The notes under the pieces are model-generated. The model did no database searches and was not told the origin of the DNA. It was given only the letters and a program-made list of their open reading frames with translations. Below, one piece after another: positions 26,601-39,300 of a stretch of 64,000 nt of DNA. The DNA is from Vicugna vicugna. Lineage: Eukaryota. The translations under genes and the position numbers were made by a program. Within the stretch, counting starts at the first letter, position 1. Each line of letters begins with the position of its first letter. Location: the NCBI GenBank assembly GCA_013265495.1, contig MU061578.1:815308-879307 (forward strand), in the 5' to 3' direction.

Positions 26601-28277
26601 TATCTCTTGGGTGTTTAATTACTGGTCTGCTTCATTCTGCTTTCAGGAAGAAACAGGCTTAAACACTAATAGCAAAGCTGAAGAGGCCATGGCTACCACG
26701 AGCAGGTGTATATCTGTCTTTCGCATCCGTAACAACAACCAAAGAGACGGCAGAGACAAAGCAGCCAAGGGTTACTGAATGCATCCTACGTGCCTGGCTC
26801 TAGCTGAGAACTTTGCAATCACTGATTTGTGTCACCTTCACAACTACCCTTAGAGATAAGTGCTTTGATTTATAGTTGATTAGTTATAATTCATTTTATA
26901 GATATGAATTTGTAATTAATTTTATGGTTAATTGTATAGTTTCTGATAAATAACACACAACATTTGGGTTGCTTGCCAGGTCTTGTAGGGGTACCACGTA
27001 GGGGAGCCTGCAATCTCGGGAGATGACTGTCCTAACCACTGTCCTAACCCACATGGTATCAGGTTGCCTCATCTTAAAGTACCTCGAGATATGAAAAAAG
27101 TCCTACAGGCGGAGACCCAGGGATTCCACGTGAGGGTGACAGTGAGATCTGGAGGGGATGTAAAGGCTTTCCCCAGAGATGAAGCAACGTGCCCAGCTTG
27201 GGATGTAATAGGTAAGATAGCTCTAAACTGACCAAATGAGCCTTTGAAAACAGGAGAGAGAGGTTAGGAGAGTCCCACCCTCAAGGTGGCACCTGCCTCT
27301 CTGAGTGCTGAACAGAATAACAGATCCACACAGCAGTAATGACAATGGCATACACGGTGTTACACAATGCTATCAGAAGTCGTAGCAGTTGTGATTGATG
27401 GAGTGCCTTCTACACTTTAGGGCTCAGCAAGATTAAATAAGACTTCCCCAAGTCATGCAGTAAAAAAAAAAAAAAAAAAGTGGCAGTGCTGGGATTTGAA
27501 CTCAACGCTTAGCTCCAAAGGACTACCTTCTCCGTAGATGAGAAATAAGCCAGTGTGGGACGGGGTTACCGTCTTGGCCCTTCTCATCCATCTACATGCT
27601 ACATTTATACCATTTTGGGAAAGAGTCCTTACCAGCCATTCATTCCACTAACCTCCGCCTGCAGCTGTGCTGGGCGAGAAGAGGCAAAAAGCCCAGAGAC
27701 ATCATGGACTTGGGGCCCCTGGCGATAGGCTACTCTGCACAGGCCTTTGTGGCTGTGTCTCTGTCCCCACATCTCACCTCGCCCGGCCACTAAGGCCCAG
27801 TGGTCCCAACTTCTGGATGACTGCAAGTCATGACGTGCAGTGTGGTACCCTGAGTGATTCCCAGTTGGAAAGAACACATGGAAGAAGATTAATAATCACC
27901 ACGGATGGCACCTCTACTGGAGCGACTAGGTCTATGTGCATCATCCCCTGTCTTCCATCATACAGCTAAAAAGCAAGAGGAAGAGGACTTCCCCCCGGGC
28001 TGCCCAGAGGTCCAAAAGCACAGTCTTCATGCACTCTGTAACTGCCCCCTGCAAGTGGGAAAGAAAGGCCGCCCTGGGAATACAGAGAGATGGAGCACGT
28101 GGCTTTGTACATACTCTCCCCTCTTCCTGGAATGCTGTTCCCATTGTCTTCTCATGCTTGAATCTCTCCCATCCCTCAGAACACTGCTTAACTGTCAGCT
28201 CCTCTGAGGAGGCTTCCATGACCTAATGTCCCTCTGTCATTATTCTTCTCCACCTAATATATGCTTATTTCCAAAGA

Positions 28278-28805
28278 TGTCATGGTGGATTCAGGACAGC
28301 TGCACACCCTTGGCTGTTCCTCCTGATCAAAAGTGAGTCTCTCTCCCTCTCCTTGAATCTGGGCTGACTGTCGCCAGCAAACTGGGCAGAAGTGGCAATG
28401 GTGCAAATGTCAAGGCTGAACTTCAGGAGATACGCAACTTACACTTCCATTCCTTGGTTCCATCTCGTTTGGAATCCAGTGACCATGCCAGTGTGTATAT
28501 ATGCTGTGAAATGTCTACATAAGAAGTCTGCTAACCAGAGGCGGCCATGTTGTGAGGAAGCCCAAGCTAGCTCACATAGAAATGGGGCATGGGACAGAGA
28601 CGTCACCAAGGTCCAGACATCTGAGAGAAACCTTGGAACTTACTGTCCAGCCCAGATGCCAGTGGAACATGGCTGAGTGAATGAACCCAACTGACCCGTC
28701 CAGTTGAGCCTTACCCAAATTCCTGGAGCATAGAAATGCGAGCAAATACAATGGTGGTAATTTTAAGTCCCTATTTTTGGAGGCAGCAACATGTAACTAA
28801 AGAAA
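28278..28805 (+). mobile_element. MaLR LTR, MLT1G/H-like
   Basis: ccttgaatctgggctg; gccatgttgtgaggaagcccaagc; cccaaattcctg...ttttaagtccct. Confidence 0.7.
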
Positions 28806-30164
28806 ACAATTGCAGTTTGTAATTATTTAGTTATGTTGTTGACGTGTTTCTGTCTCTCTCTCCTACAAGAACATAGTCAATCTGAGGGCAGAAACCACGC
28901 CTGTTTTTGCCTGTTCCTGAATCCCCAGTGCCTGTAAAAAGTAAGCACTCAACAAAAAAAACTGCCAACGGACATTCTGCCATCAAACTAATAATCATAA
29001 CAACAGTATAAGTAGCAATAGCGGTGACAGTGGAACAGGGATAGTTGCACTAGTCATAACAGTGGTAATCAAAGGAATAGCAATGTAATAGTACCAGCGC
29101 CTGTTATCATGTTGAGTTAAAGGAGCCACACAGAGGACACACCTCTCAAAAGGATCATTGCCTTCAAGGTCACTGCTATCGACAGTGTCCTCACGGCAAG
29201 CCCCTTCAATGCATGAGCACAAGAGGCAAGATGTCGTGATGGAGGTTTCTGTACGTCATCTTTCCTCTCCACGCACGATAACCCTGGAATATTGTGAAAG
29301 TAAGTCCTATTTTCAGAAACGCAAGCGATGCTTATGATCCAAGATGCTCAAAGACTTGAGGTTTCTAGGTGGGTGTGGGGGAAGCTGTATCCTCATTGGT
29401 CGATCCGGGTTTGAAGGCTTAAAACAAGGATCTTATTGACGGAGAAAAGGACAAGTGGAAGAAAACCACGCAACTGAAACCACAGGCAGGCATCCCCTTC
29501 CTCGGCAGCCTCTCGCTCTCAGGTTCCCTCTGCTGGGATGGGTGTCCCTTCACGATGGTACTCATGGCTCCCCTCACCTCCCCATCGCAAGGTCTGGAAC
29601 AGTGCTGATGGCTCAGTGGGTGCCTCCATTGATTTCTTACTCTTTCTGGGCACAGACAATGTCTGACTCATCTCTGTTTCCCAGCAAGGACCTGGCACAC
29701 AGTAGGTGTTGATAAATGTTTTCTGCACTAAATGCCGTTGGGATTAATGCCCAAAAGGCAGATTCTCTCATTTCCATTGTTTAAAAATACCAAGGATTTC
29801 CCCTCATGCATTATGTATCACAGAAATTAATTTATCTAGAACTGTTTTCCAATGCAGTTTCCAAAGCCTTGAGTCTGCATCCAGCTGGAAGTCTGCACTG
29901 GGGTGGGGGTGGGGGGATGTCTGGCTAGTCTCTGGCTCTCTCTGCTAATCCCAAACACCATTCCTGAGGTAGGTACAAGGATTGAGGTCTGCGTGAAGAA
30001 ATCAGGTCAGAAGCCAGTGTTTCCTGATTCTCACTTCCCTTAGCAAAGTCAGGGAGAGTGGATCTCACGGGATCAGGGACATCTTTCCCGAGTGCCCTCA
30101 CCCCAAACCCAGTGGCTTCTCCATTCTCCCTGCCCTTTGGGAGGGGGCTGCGGGAGAGGCAGTA

Positions 30165-30340
30165 CAGAGCTGTGGTTATTAGCACAGGTGGTGGCTTCAG
30201 ACACAGCACACCCTAGTGACGTGACCTTGGGAAAATCAAGTCATGTCAATTCTCCAAGCCTCAGTTTCCTCATCTGCAAAAGGAACATCATCACATCCAC
30301 ACTCGATGGCCCGTATGAGGATTAAATGACAAGGGATTAT
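30165..30340 (+). mobile_element. MIR SINE
   Basis: gtgaccttggg...gcctcagtttcctcatctgcaaaagg...gaggattaaatga. Confidence 0.8.
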
Positions 30341-31675
30341 AGCAACCCAAACGAGTAGCAAATGTTCACTCATGTGCATATTGCATATTACAAAGAGCTT
30401 TGGCAGATTCTTTGGTCATTTGATAGTTACTCCCACCCTGTGAGTGAGGCAGGGTGTAGACTATTATTGTGCCCATTTGGAAGATGGGAAAACCAAGAAC
30501 TCAAAGTGATAGCCAATTCATAGCCCCTACTGACTGAGCGCCAACTCCATGCCAGGCAGAGTCATAAAGAGCTTTGCCTGAAATATCTCCCTTGTTGTTC
30601 ACAAAAGTTACAAAGTTAAGACAACCATATTCGGAAAATAGAGACTCAGGGAGATGAAGTAACTTGCTTAAGTTGTTAAGAACTGGTGGAAGTAGTTTGA
30701 ACCAAGACAGTCTGCCACCATAATCGGTGATCTTTCCCACGGAACTGAGTGCTGTGCTTCAGTGGATGCCCAAGCTGGAAACAGAACTGAAGGCTTGAAG
30801 CTTTTTCCTTCCCGTGAATCTACACACTGATACTCAGTTTATAGAAAACTCTGTGTGTTTCAGACCAAACCTACAACAGTATCAATTAACTTCAGTCCGG
30901 CTCTCTTATTTTTGAAAGGGCACAGATTAAATGTGTTAGAAATTCAGATACAACTACACAATTGTATGGCTTGTCGCCTATATGCCAAGTGCTTCCCTAG
31001 AAACCACTCCACTTAAAAATCACAGCTAGTAAGATAGGCATTATTCTGTCCATTTTAAAGGTAAAAAATTGAGGCTTGCTTAAGGATATATTTAGATGTC
31101 TCACCAGCATCTCAAAGTTCACACACACACACACACACACGTTCAAATTTCGATCTCAACTCCTATTCTTTGGAGAATGGTCCTTATTTCCACCAAGACT
31201 CAGATTCAGCTTTATGAGAGGTGGCATTTACTGATACCCAAGCTTAGAGCTACCATGGACCCCATCCTGTTTCTTACGTACAACAACCTGCTCATCGTCC
31301 ACACCACACTAATTCAAACTGCCTTCTCTTGTCTGGACCATTGCAGTAGCTTACTAACAGGTCTTTCTATCACCCACCCCCTGCCCCAACTCACTACTGT
31401 GCCCCTCTAGTTCATTTTCCATACGCTGTCGGATCATTCCAAATGTGAATCCTGTCATTCTCTGCCTTACAACCCTCCAAGGGCTTCCCAGTACAAAGGA
31501 TGAATGTATACACCCATCCATCTGCAGAATAGCTCCCAGGGTCCTGCATGACTGTTCCCTGCCCATTTCTTTTTTTTTTCCCCAGAAAGATCTCCAACAT
31601 ATATTATAAAATGGAAAAAAAAAGCATGTGCCCAAACAATATTATCACGACTGTAGAAAATCAAACAAAATGACT

Positions 31676-31715
<40 letters not shown>

Positions 31716-31770
31716 CACATATATATGTGTGTGTGTGTGTATATATATATACATATATATATATATGTAT
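31676..31770. repeat. Compound (TG)n/(TA)n microsatellite
   Basis: Read directly from the sequence. Confidence 0.95.
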
Positions 31771-31946
31771 ATCAATCCAACATACATGAAAATACAGAGG
31801 GAATGTAGGGAGGGCCACTGGCCAGCTGTCAGAAGTGGCCACCTGTCCTGCCCACTTTTTTACCCTCATCTTGGGCCATCTTCTCCCTGGTCCCCTACCC
31901 AGCCACACTGACGCTCTTTCATCTGAACACACCAAGTTCCTTGCTG

Positions 31947-32128
31947 CCAGGGGTGTGGTGGTAACTGGCTAATACCTGGCTCTGGAAAACACAAAACCCA
32001 AAAAGCCCTGATTTGTATCACTGTCAATTTCCAAAGTGTAAATGCACTCACAATGGCCATTTCCAGCTACTGACATGACATCCCTGTCATGCTGGGGAGA
32101 AACGTGCGCTCCTGTACAGCACCTATGG
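31947..32128 (-). mobile_element. MER63A-like element
   Basis: agccctgatttgta...gtgtaaatgcactcacaatggccatttccagctac. Confidence 0.65.
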
Positions 32129-33360
32129 CGTTTTCCAAGAGGGTAATTGTTTAATTATGCAAGCGATTTTTGCATGTTTGCTTGTATTCTCTGTGTTGTA
32201 CTAGACTATCATTTCCTAAAGGAGAATCCATGTCTATCTTGTATCTTCAAAGCCTATTGCTGTGCCTCCTACATCATAGAAACTCAAGGCCCATTCATGA
32301 ATCAATAGATGACACATGCCTGTTGAGTATCTGGATCTACCTTATTACAGGCACTGCATTAGGCATGGAGAATAAAACACACAAATACAGCCCAGCGGTG
32401 TCTCTAGAAGTGTCTAGCTTTCTGGCAAAAGTAAAGTTTTAAATTATTGTAAAGTTGTTGGGTGAGCATTTGGCAGATTAATATATATTGTGACATACTG
32501 CAGGCGTTCAAGAAACAGTTTTATTATTTTTGTGGATGCCAAAAGGGGGGAATTTTCAAGGCACATCCAGCACGTAAATGGAGTCCCAGCTCTGGCTTTG
32601 AGATGGTATCAGGAAAGGGTTTATAGATGAACAAAGGATGAGAGTAAAAGTAAAGATCTGATAGAATCTCTAGCAAAGGCAATTACCAACACTTCAGAAT
32701 TTAACTCCCATGTGGAAGGCCTCTCCACTATCTAGAGAGGTTCCTTCCTGATGTCAACTAACCCATTTCATTTTCAAACTATCCTGAAGTATCAAAAACT
32801 GCTCTCGTTTCTGAGCCGCAACAGTGAGATATCTGGGAATGTGGCTTGCCCACGTCCCCACCGTGAATAAAAATGATGTGGACCAATTGCTTACATCTAC
32901 GAAAACCCAAGTAACTATAAAGGTGAACTCCAGGCTCCCAGCCCCAGAAAGGGCCAGTGAGCCCAGCAGCCCTGAGCTGGCCCAGGGAAATGATGGGAAA
33001 TTCAATTTCAGAAGGGCTGTTTGCAAAGTAATCCAATACATTATGGTGTGTGCATTATTATTGTATTATATTGAGTAATATCACATTTAAGAAGATTTCA
33101 TAGCATCATAGCCAGGCACAAGGGAATATAAAAGCGGTTAATAAAAGAGAGAAGTACAATTTCCCTTCAGTGTTAGTTATGCTCCCATTATACTCGGAAT
33201 AATAATCAGAGGTCCACTTAGCTTGACTTGGGAAGTATCAGATCTGTAATTATCTCATGTCTGCAGTGTCATTATCAAGGGCTCAGCCCCTGTGTCAGGC
33301 CACTGTGAATCCTCAGAAAGCCACAGAACTCACTATCCAAGCACGGGGCTCCTAAGGCCA

Positions 33361-33362
<2 letters not shown>

Positions 33363-33394
<32 letters not shown>
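33363..33394. repeat. (CA)16 microsatellite
   Basis: Read directly from the sequence. Confidence 0.95.
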
Positions 33395-33396
<2 letters not shown>

Positions 33397-34724
33397 CGCA
33401 CGCAGGGTAAGTCTAGATGCCTGTGTAGCTCAAGCTGGGCTCTCTGCTAGAATTAAATAGCCATACTAAACCTGGATCCTGTTCAATAGGGTTTCCCTCA
33501 GCTGTGGGTAGTCTCCTGCCCTATGAATCTTTATCCTGAAAAGGAAACGTGAGGTTTCCCTCACCCACTCACCCTAAATTTTCCTTCTGCTGAGTTAACG
33601 AAGGCCGGTGGGAAAAAAAATTCTGTGCAGATTTGTTGAACACAATGGAAGATGCTTAAGTGACTGTTCACCCAAAGCTCACCTTCAGTGGCTCTAACCA
33701 AGCCTTTGTTGAGGCTCTTCTTGGGATCAGCTGATCTAGCTGTAGGAGAAGTGATCGTGGGACTGACACATCCTCGTGTCAGCCCCAGGGCTGGCTCAAG
33801 TTGCCTCTTTTAGTCAAGAGTAATTTCCATTGTCGGTGCCTCCGTGTGTAAAGACCTGTCACGGTGCATTAGAAAGAGCAGTGCCTTTGGCATCAGCCAG
33901 GCCTGAGTTTGAGTTCTGTGCCCTTCACTTCCCGATGGTACTATCTAAGGCAATTTTCATAACCTGAGTCTCTGTTTTCCTCATCTGTGAAATGGGGGTA
34001 ATGCTACCTGCCATTAGGTATAGAACAATGAACTTCTTAAAGCTTGAAAACATTACCCAAGACCATTAACACTTACTCTATTAATAACAACAATTGTGAC
34101 GTTCATTTCATCATCCCAGAAGAAGGAAACACTCACTAATCCTGCTTAGATTTCAATCAAAGTCAATGGTGATATAGATTTCAATTTCAAAGAAGATTTG
34201 TTTTGAAAACACGAGCAATGCATGTGTATATGGATATGTCTGGAGGTCGAAGTGGGTGCCATACATATGATGTAACTCTGGAATTCACTAAATTCTGACA
34301 TTATACCAACATTTATTTATTTGCCAGGGTTCCATAGGGAAGTCCACTTAAATGGAGAAGAAAGAATAAAATAAATGTAATTCATCGGTCAGGGGAGATG
34401 TTAGAATTATTTTATTAAAAAACAACCCAGAAGACCCAGATGCCCTGGTCAAACTCAGATCCTATGAGGACCAGTCCATGTAGATGGAAGAGGTAAGACT
34501 GGGGAAATACTATAAGGAGTGGTGCTGGCTATGGCATGCAGTCTGGAGGGTCAGCCCATTCTGAACATGGGCACATCATTGCCATGTTTTGTTACAATCT
34601 TCTACTTTTTAACCAGATTATACTGTAAAATCCCTCATTTTTAGATGTAGGCAGTTAATTCCATTATGAGTCTGAGGTCTGAATAAAGTCAGCCAGCCAA
34701 CAGCATGTCAGCTTTATCCTAGGT

Positions 34725-34956
34725 CAGGGATTGACAAACTTTTTCCATCGAGGGCCAGTTAGTCAGGATTTTGTGAGTATTAGTAAGCTTTGCAGGACTG
34801 AGACCTCTTTGCAGTTACTCAACTCTGCTCTTATAACCCAAAAGTAGTCATACGCAATACATGAATGGATTGGTATGGCTGTGTTCCAATAAAACTTTAT
34901 TGACAAAAACAGGCGGTGGGCCAGAATTGACCCATCGGTCAGTTTGCCAATCCTTA
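34725..34956 (+). mobile_element. MER58A (hAT-Charlie)
   Basis: cagggattgacaaacttttt...ggctgtgttccaataaaactttatt...cagtttgccaatcc. Confidence 0.85.
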
Positions 34957-35929
34957 GCCTCGCTACCTAACGTTGATACTACAGGCCTGGAAGAGAAGAA
35001 GGCTGGAGAGAAGAGGGGAAAGATGGGCTGGCGAGGGGCTCCGGGTCCCCTGGGCAGCTGGGCCGGGCAGAACGACAGGACAGTCAAGGCTCTCGGGTCC
35101 ACGTCATGCTTCCCAATCCTATTTCCAACATTTGACCAAGTTCCCTCTGGTCTTCAACGCCAAAAGCTTCAGGAATTCAAAACAGGAGAAGGCCCCTAAG
35201 TCGAAGGATTAACCAACCTAGCCTTCCTCCTGTCTCCAAACTTCCACCTCTGGGAGTCAAGGAGACTCTCTGGGGCTTGCCCCTCCCCTCAAGCTGGCCC
35301 CACCCCCAATCTCTTTCCCTTTTGTGAAGCCACCAGATGAGTGTCACCCAGAGACACCACCTAGAACCCCGGGCAACTCCTCTCATAATTGCTAACCTGA
35401 CTCCCACGTGCAAGCCAATTAGAGGGAAAGAGGGGGACGAGACCCACCTCCTATCAGTCGGGTGCCACCACCACTGCTTTTCTTAGTTAAAAAAAAATTG
35501 TAGTTAATTTCTCCCCCTAAAAAAGGCCAGGGAACAATCTCTTTAAATTACAGTGTGATAATGTGAAGCAAAGATGCAGAAGTCAAATACAATTTGGGTT
35601 ATAATTAGCGATTTCCTTGTAGCAAGTTTCTCCGGGAGATCCGGGCTTTCTCTAGTCAGCTTGCCAAGCAATTTAAAGGCTCCTTTCACTCCGTGGGGCC
35701 ACTGTATGGAAGAGAGAGAGTGTGTGTGTGTGTGTGTGTGTGTGTAAACTGAGGCAGTTTAGAGATAAACAGAGTTATGGGAAAGACAATCACTAAGATA
35801 CTTGTCTGCTATGATACTATCATGATTAAAATAGCAGGGAATGTCATTTAGGTAAAGAAGTACTTCAGATGGGGAAGTCACACAAGGTGGGTTTAGGAAT
35901 CCACCAGGACTCTGCTGGCACTCACCCTT

Positions 35930-36335
35930 CTCCCTTTATTAGTTGTATGGCCTTGGGGCAAGATACTTAACATCTGTGCTGTTTCCTCATCTGTAATTCT
36001 GGTATCATCACATCCATCCCTTGATGGGTTCTGGCACATGAAGAAGACGCACAGCATAGTGCACAGCTCATGAGTGAGTAAGGAAGTGGACTCTGGAGTC
36101 AGACTGGCTGCCTCTGAATCCCAGCTCTGCCCTTGTTGGCTTTGTGATATGACCTGGGCACGCTCCTTCACTCCTTCATTTCTCTATGCTCTGGTGTTCT
36201 CACTTAGGTAACAAGAGGTTAATCACGGTACCCACTTCCACTGGATGCTGTGAGATTCCATGAGGTCATGTACATGAAGCTTGCAGCATCACTGCACTGG
36301 GCATCTAGTATGTGCTCATTAAATGCTAGTTACTG
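35930..36335 (+). mobile_element. Two tandem MIR SINEs
   Basis: gtttcctcatctgtaa core, then ctctggagtcagactgg...gaatcccagctctgcc...gtgctcattaaatgctag. Confidence 0.75.
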
Positions 36336-39300
36336 CTATCTAGACATGATTCATACATGATAGTTGCCTCTTCTTTTTTTTTTTTCCTTCAACCCAAAAA
36401 ATTTTTTTTTTTTTTCCCTTCAACCCAAGAAATTTCTATTTGTTTTCCCCACATCTACCAATCAGGATGCACATTTACATTTCCCCCTTTTGAGCAACCA
36501 GGGCAGTCCAGACTTGTTGAATTGTATTATCTGAAACGAATTCCATGATTTATTTAAAGGAGGAACACAACCTTTTCATTTCCAAAAGAAGTTTGTGGCA
36601 CATAAGCCTTCAAATCTCTTTGGTCCTGATGGCTTAATTTGTTTTGGACTGTACAGTCTGCAGACTTTGGTTTACTGGGCAACAAACTTGCCTGTGTAGT
36701 TTTTGTCCCAGGGACAGTGAGATCATAAAAAAGTCAGGTCTTCAAGCCTGGATACATTTTGTTCCTGATGTCAGTGGGATGGCTTATTGTCTGGGTTGTA
36801 GTGAGCTTCTCTCCAAAGTCCATGAGTTGGAGAACTCCTAAGAGTCTCTGTGGGATCTCTACTCTGCTTGGCTCACCTGCCTCACAAGGTTCTGGTCACT
36901 CTACTATGGGGAGCAGAACCCAGCCTTTGACCTCCTGCCCTTCTGGGAGCTCAACTTGGATCTCGTTCTACATCAAAGGCTATAATTTGACAACCTGATG
37001 GTCTCATGCTCTTCAGGGATGCAAAGGTGGAAACCCAGACTCCCTAGTTAGAGTGCTTTGACCCAGGAGCGATTGGGATTAGAGCTGGTCGGAATACATA
37101 ACACTACTGAATGAGCACAGCCCCACAGGCACAGCCATCAGGATCAGCAGCAGAAAATTAGATAAAATAAAGACTCTTCAGAATTCTGGAAGCCTTTCTG
37201 AAAGTAAAGCCCACTACTGCCTGAAACCTCTGGCTAGGAACCAAAATGGGATATCAAAGAGAAATGGAGTCCTAAGTCACACAGTCTGATTTGCCCCTGT
37301 AGGCAGGGTCAGTGGGCGTTAATGCAGAGACAACCCTAAGTAAGTGGATTTTGAAAGCTACTACAGAATCCAGGAGATAGAGAGAAAAAGAAAAAAGAAA
37401 AAAGGATGATCATAGACAGTAGGATGCACGGGAGGGGCGTGCTGTGATAGTCGCTGTGTGACTCAGGCAGGTCCCTTTCCCTCTCTGAGCCTCTGCATCA
37501 TTCATAAACAAAGCACGTAGACAAGATGGTCGCTTCAAGCTCTAACACTCTATGAATCTCCGCCCTGTCATGCTAAAGCGTCCAAGCTATCTTTTTAATA
37601 AACCTGAAATAGGGTCTCAGTCAAAGGTTAAAGTTTCTAATTTTACCTCTTATTACAAAAATAAATGAAGGTTCAAAGATTCAACTGGGGATTATAAACT
37701 AAAGTATCTTCAGAGGCTGGGCAGATAACCAATATCAGCAAAACAGGAGCAAATAGGAGAGCACATAAAAAATCCAAAACCCTATTTGCTCTTGAAAAAG
37801 AAAAATCAAGATATGGCAATGCTGGGCCAGCAATTCAGTATGGCAGTGATGGGGTGGACTTCTACGGAAATGCCCTTTGGGTGGACCATGTGCCTTCTGG
37901 ACTGCCACAGGGCCTCCATCAAAGGGCCACATAGTGGCCACATAGGCCACATATCTATAGTTTGATCATTCCTATATTAATGGGGAAAGTTCATTATTTC
38001 TTTTACCTAGGTCTCCGTCATAAACTGATCTCTTTCAAATATGGATGTTACTTGCCTGGACCTGAAAGTATGTAAGTTTCAGCCCTTCACTCGGGTGAGC
38101 ATCTTACATCCTCACAATGAAAAGACTGGAGTAGGAGAGGTCTTTGGTCCCCTTTCAGATCTAACATTCCAAGGGTCTGGCTGAACAACCCCCACCTCCA
38201 GGGACCCTCAGTTAACAGAGCACAGCCAACTTCTTTCTCCTGCCTACAATCCAAGTAGAGTACAGGATTCATATGAATTCACTACCAACTTGCAAATAGC
38301 ATGGCCACGCATTAAGAGCACGAGTTGATGGTGGTTAATGAATGATTCAAATACTGCCCACAGAACAGACTAATGCCTGCTCCTAAGTTCATTTAAAAAC
38401 AAACAAACAAATAAAAGCAAGGAAGGTACCTCATGAGGCTATGTGCTACGCAGAGGCAATCAGGTTCTTCAAACTTCGAGACAGGTCGTTTGTGTAGCTC
38501 ATAGACAGCTCACTTCGTCTTTGAATTATCCGATCATTAGCCCAACACTTTACAATTACACTGTGTGCTAACACTGGCTCAAAGACTAGCCTCTTAACCA
38601 AGGAGAGAGACTGCTTTGTCATACTGAGAGGGTAAAATTGATGGCAATGGATACAGGTATGAATAAGCACAAGACAGCAAATGAAGACAAAGTCACAACG
38701 AAACATTTCGGATGACTGTAAGACTCCCAGCTGAAGCCCTCCCCAGGGAAATGTGAACTTGAACTCAGAATATGCCTGATGTTTCTTCATCCAGCAAAAG
38801 CAAGAGGGCTTCAGCCTTCGGAACCAAACTTCAGTCATATACTCTTTTAATAAATCCTAACCTTGCTCTCCCTGACCTAGACTTAGGTCAATGGCTAGCT
38901 TGTACCAATCAATTGCACTGAGGCATGAGTGATTGAAAACTATTTGTATGGAAATCATTACCTATAAGAATTACTTTTAAAATAAATGTGGGAATTTGAG
39001 TCTTAGTTTCACTCGACACAGAAAACGGCAAGATTCCTAGGATAGATTTACCCTCCTGAAAAAAATTTACAATGAAGAATTCGGGACAGAGGAGAACTCT
39101 CTGATTTCCCACTGGGAATGATGTAATCATTTCCTAATCATAATGGCTCACAGGGTAGACCATTTACTATGTGCCCATCGCTGTGCCAAGCCTTCCATTG
39201 GCATTAACTCATCGTGACGTCACAGCTACTCTAAGCCTCACATGCACAAGGGAAGAAAGTGTGACTCAGAGAGCTTCCATCGCATGCCAGTGGTCCGACC

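Noticed and set aside
27026..27049. 12-bp tandem duplication actgtcctaacc x2
   Set aside because: An ordinary micro-duplication; two copies do not make an array or a telomeric tract.
33400..33412. Consensus donor (GG|GTAAGT) on the plus strand, and an acceptor-like tract near 5799
   Set aside because: Antisense to RBFOX1, with no partner site or ORF; expected by chance.
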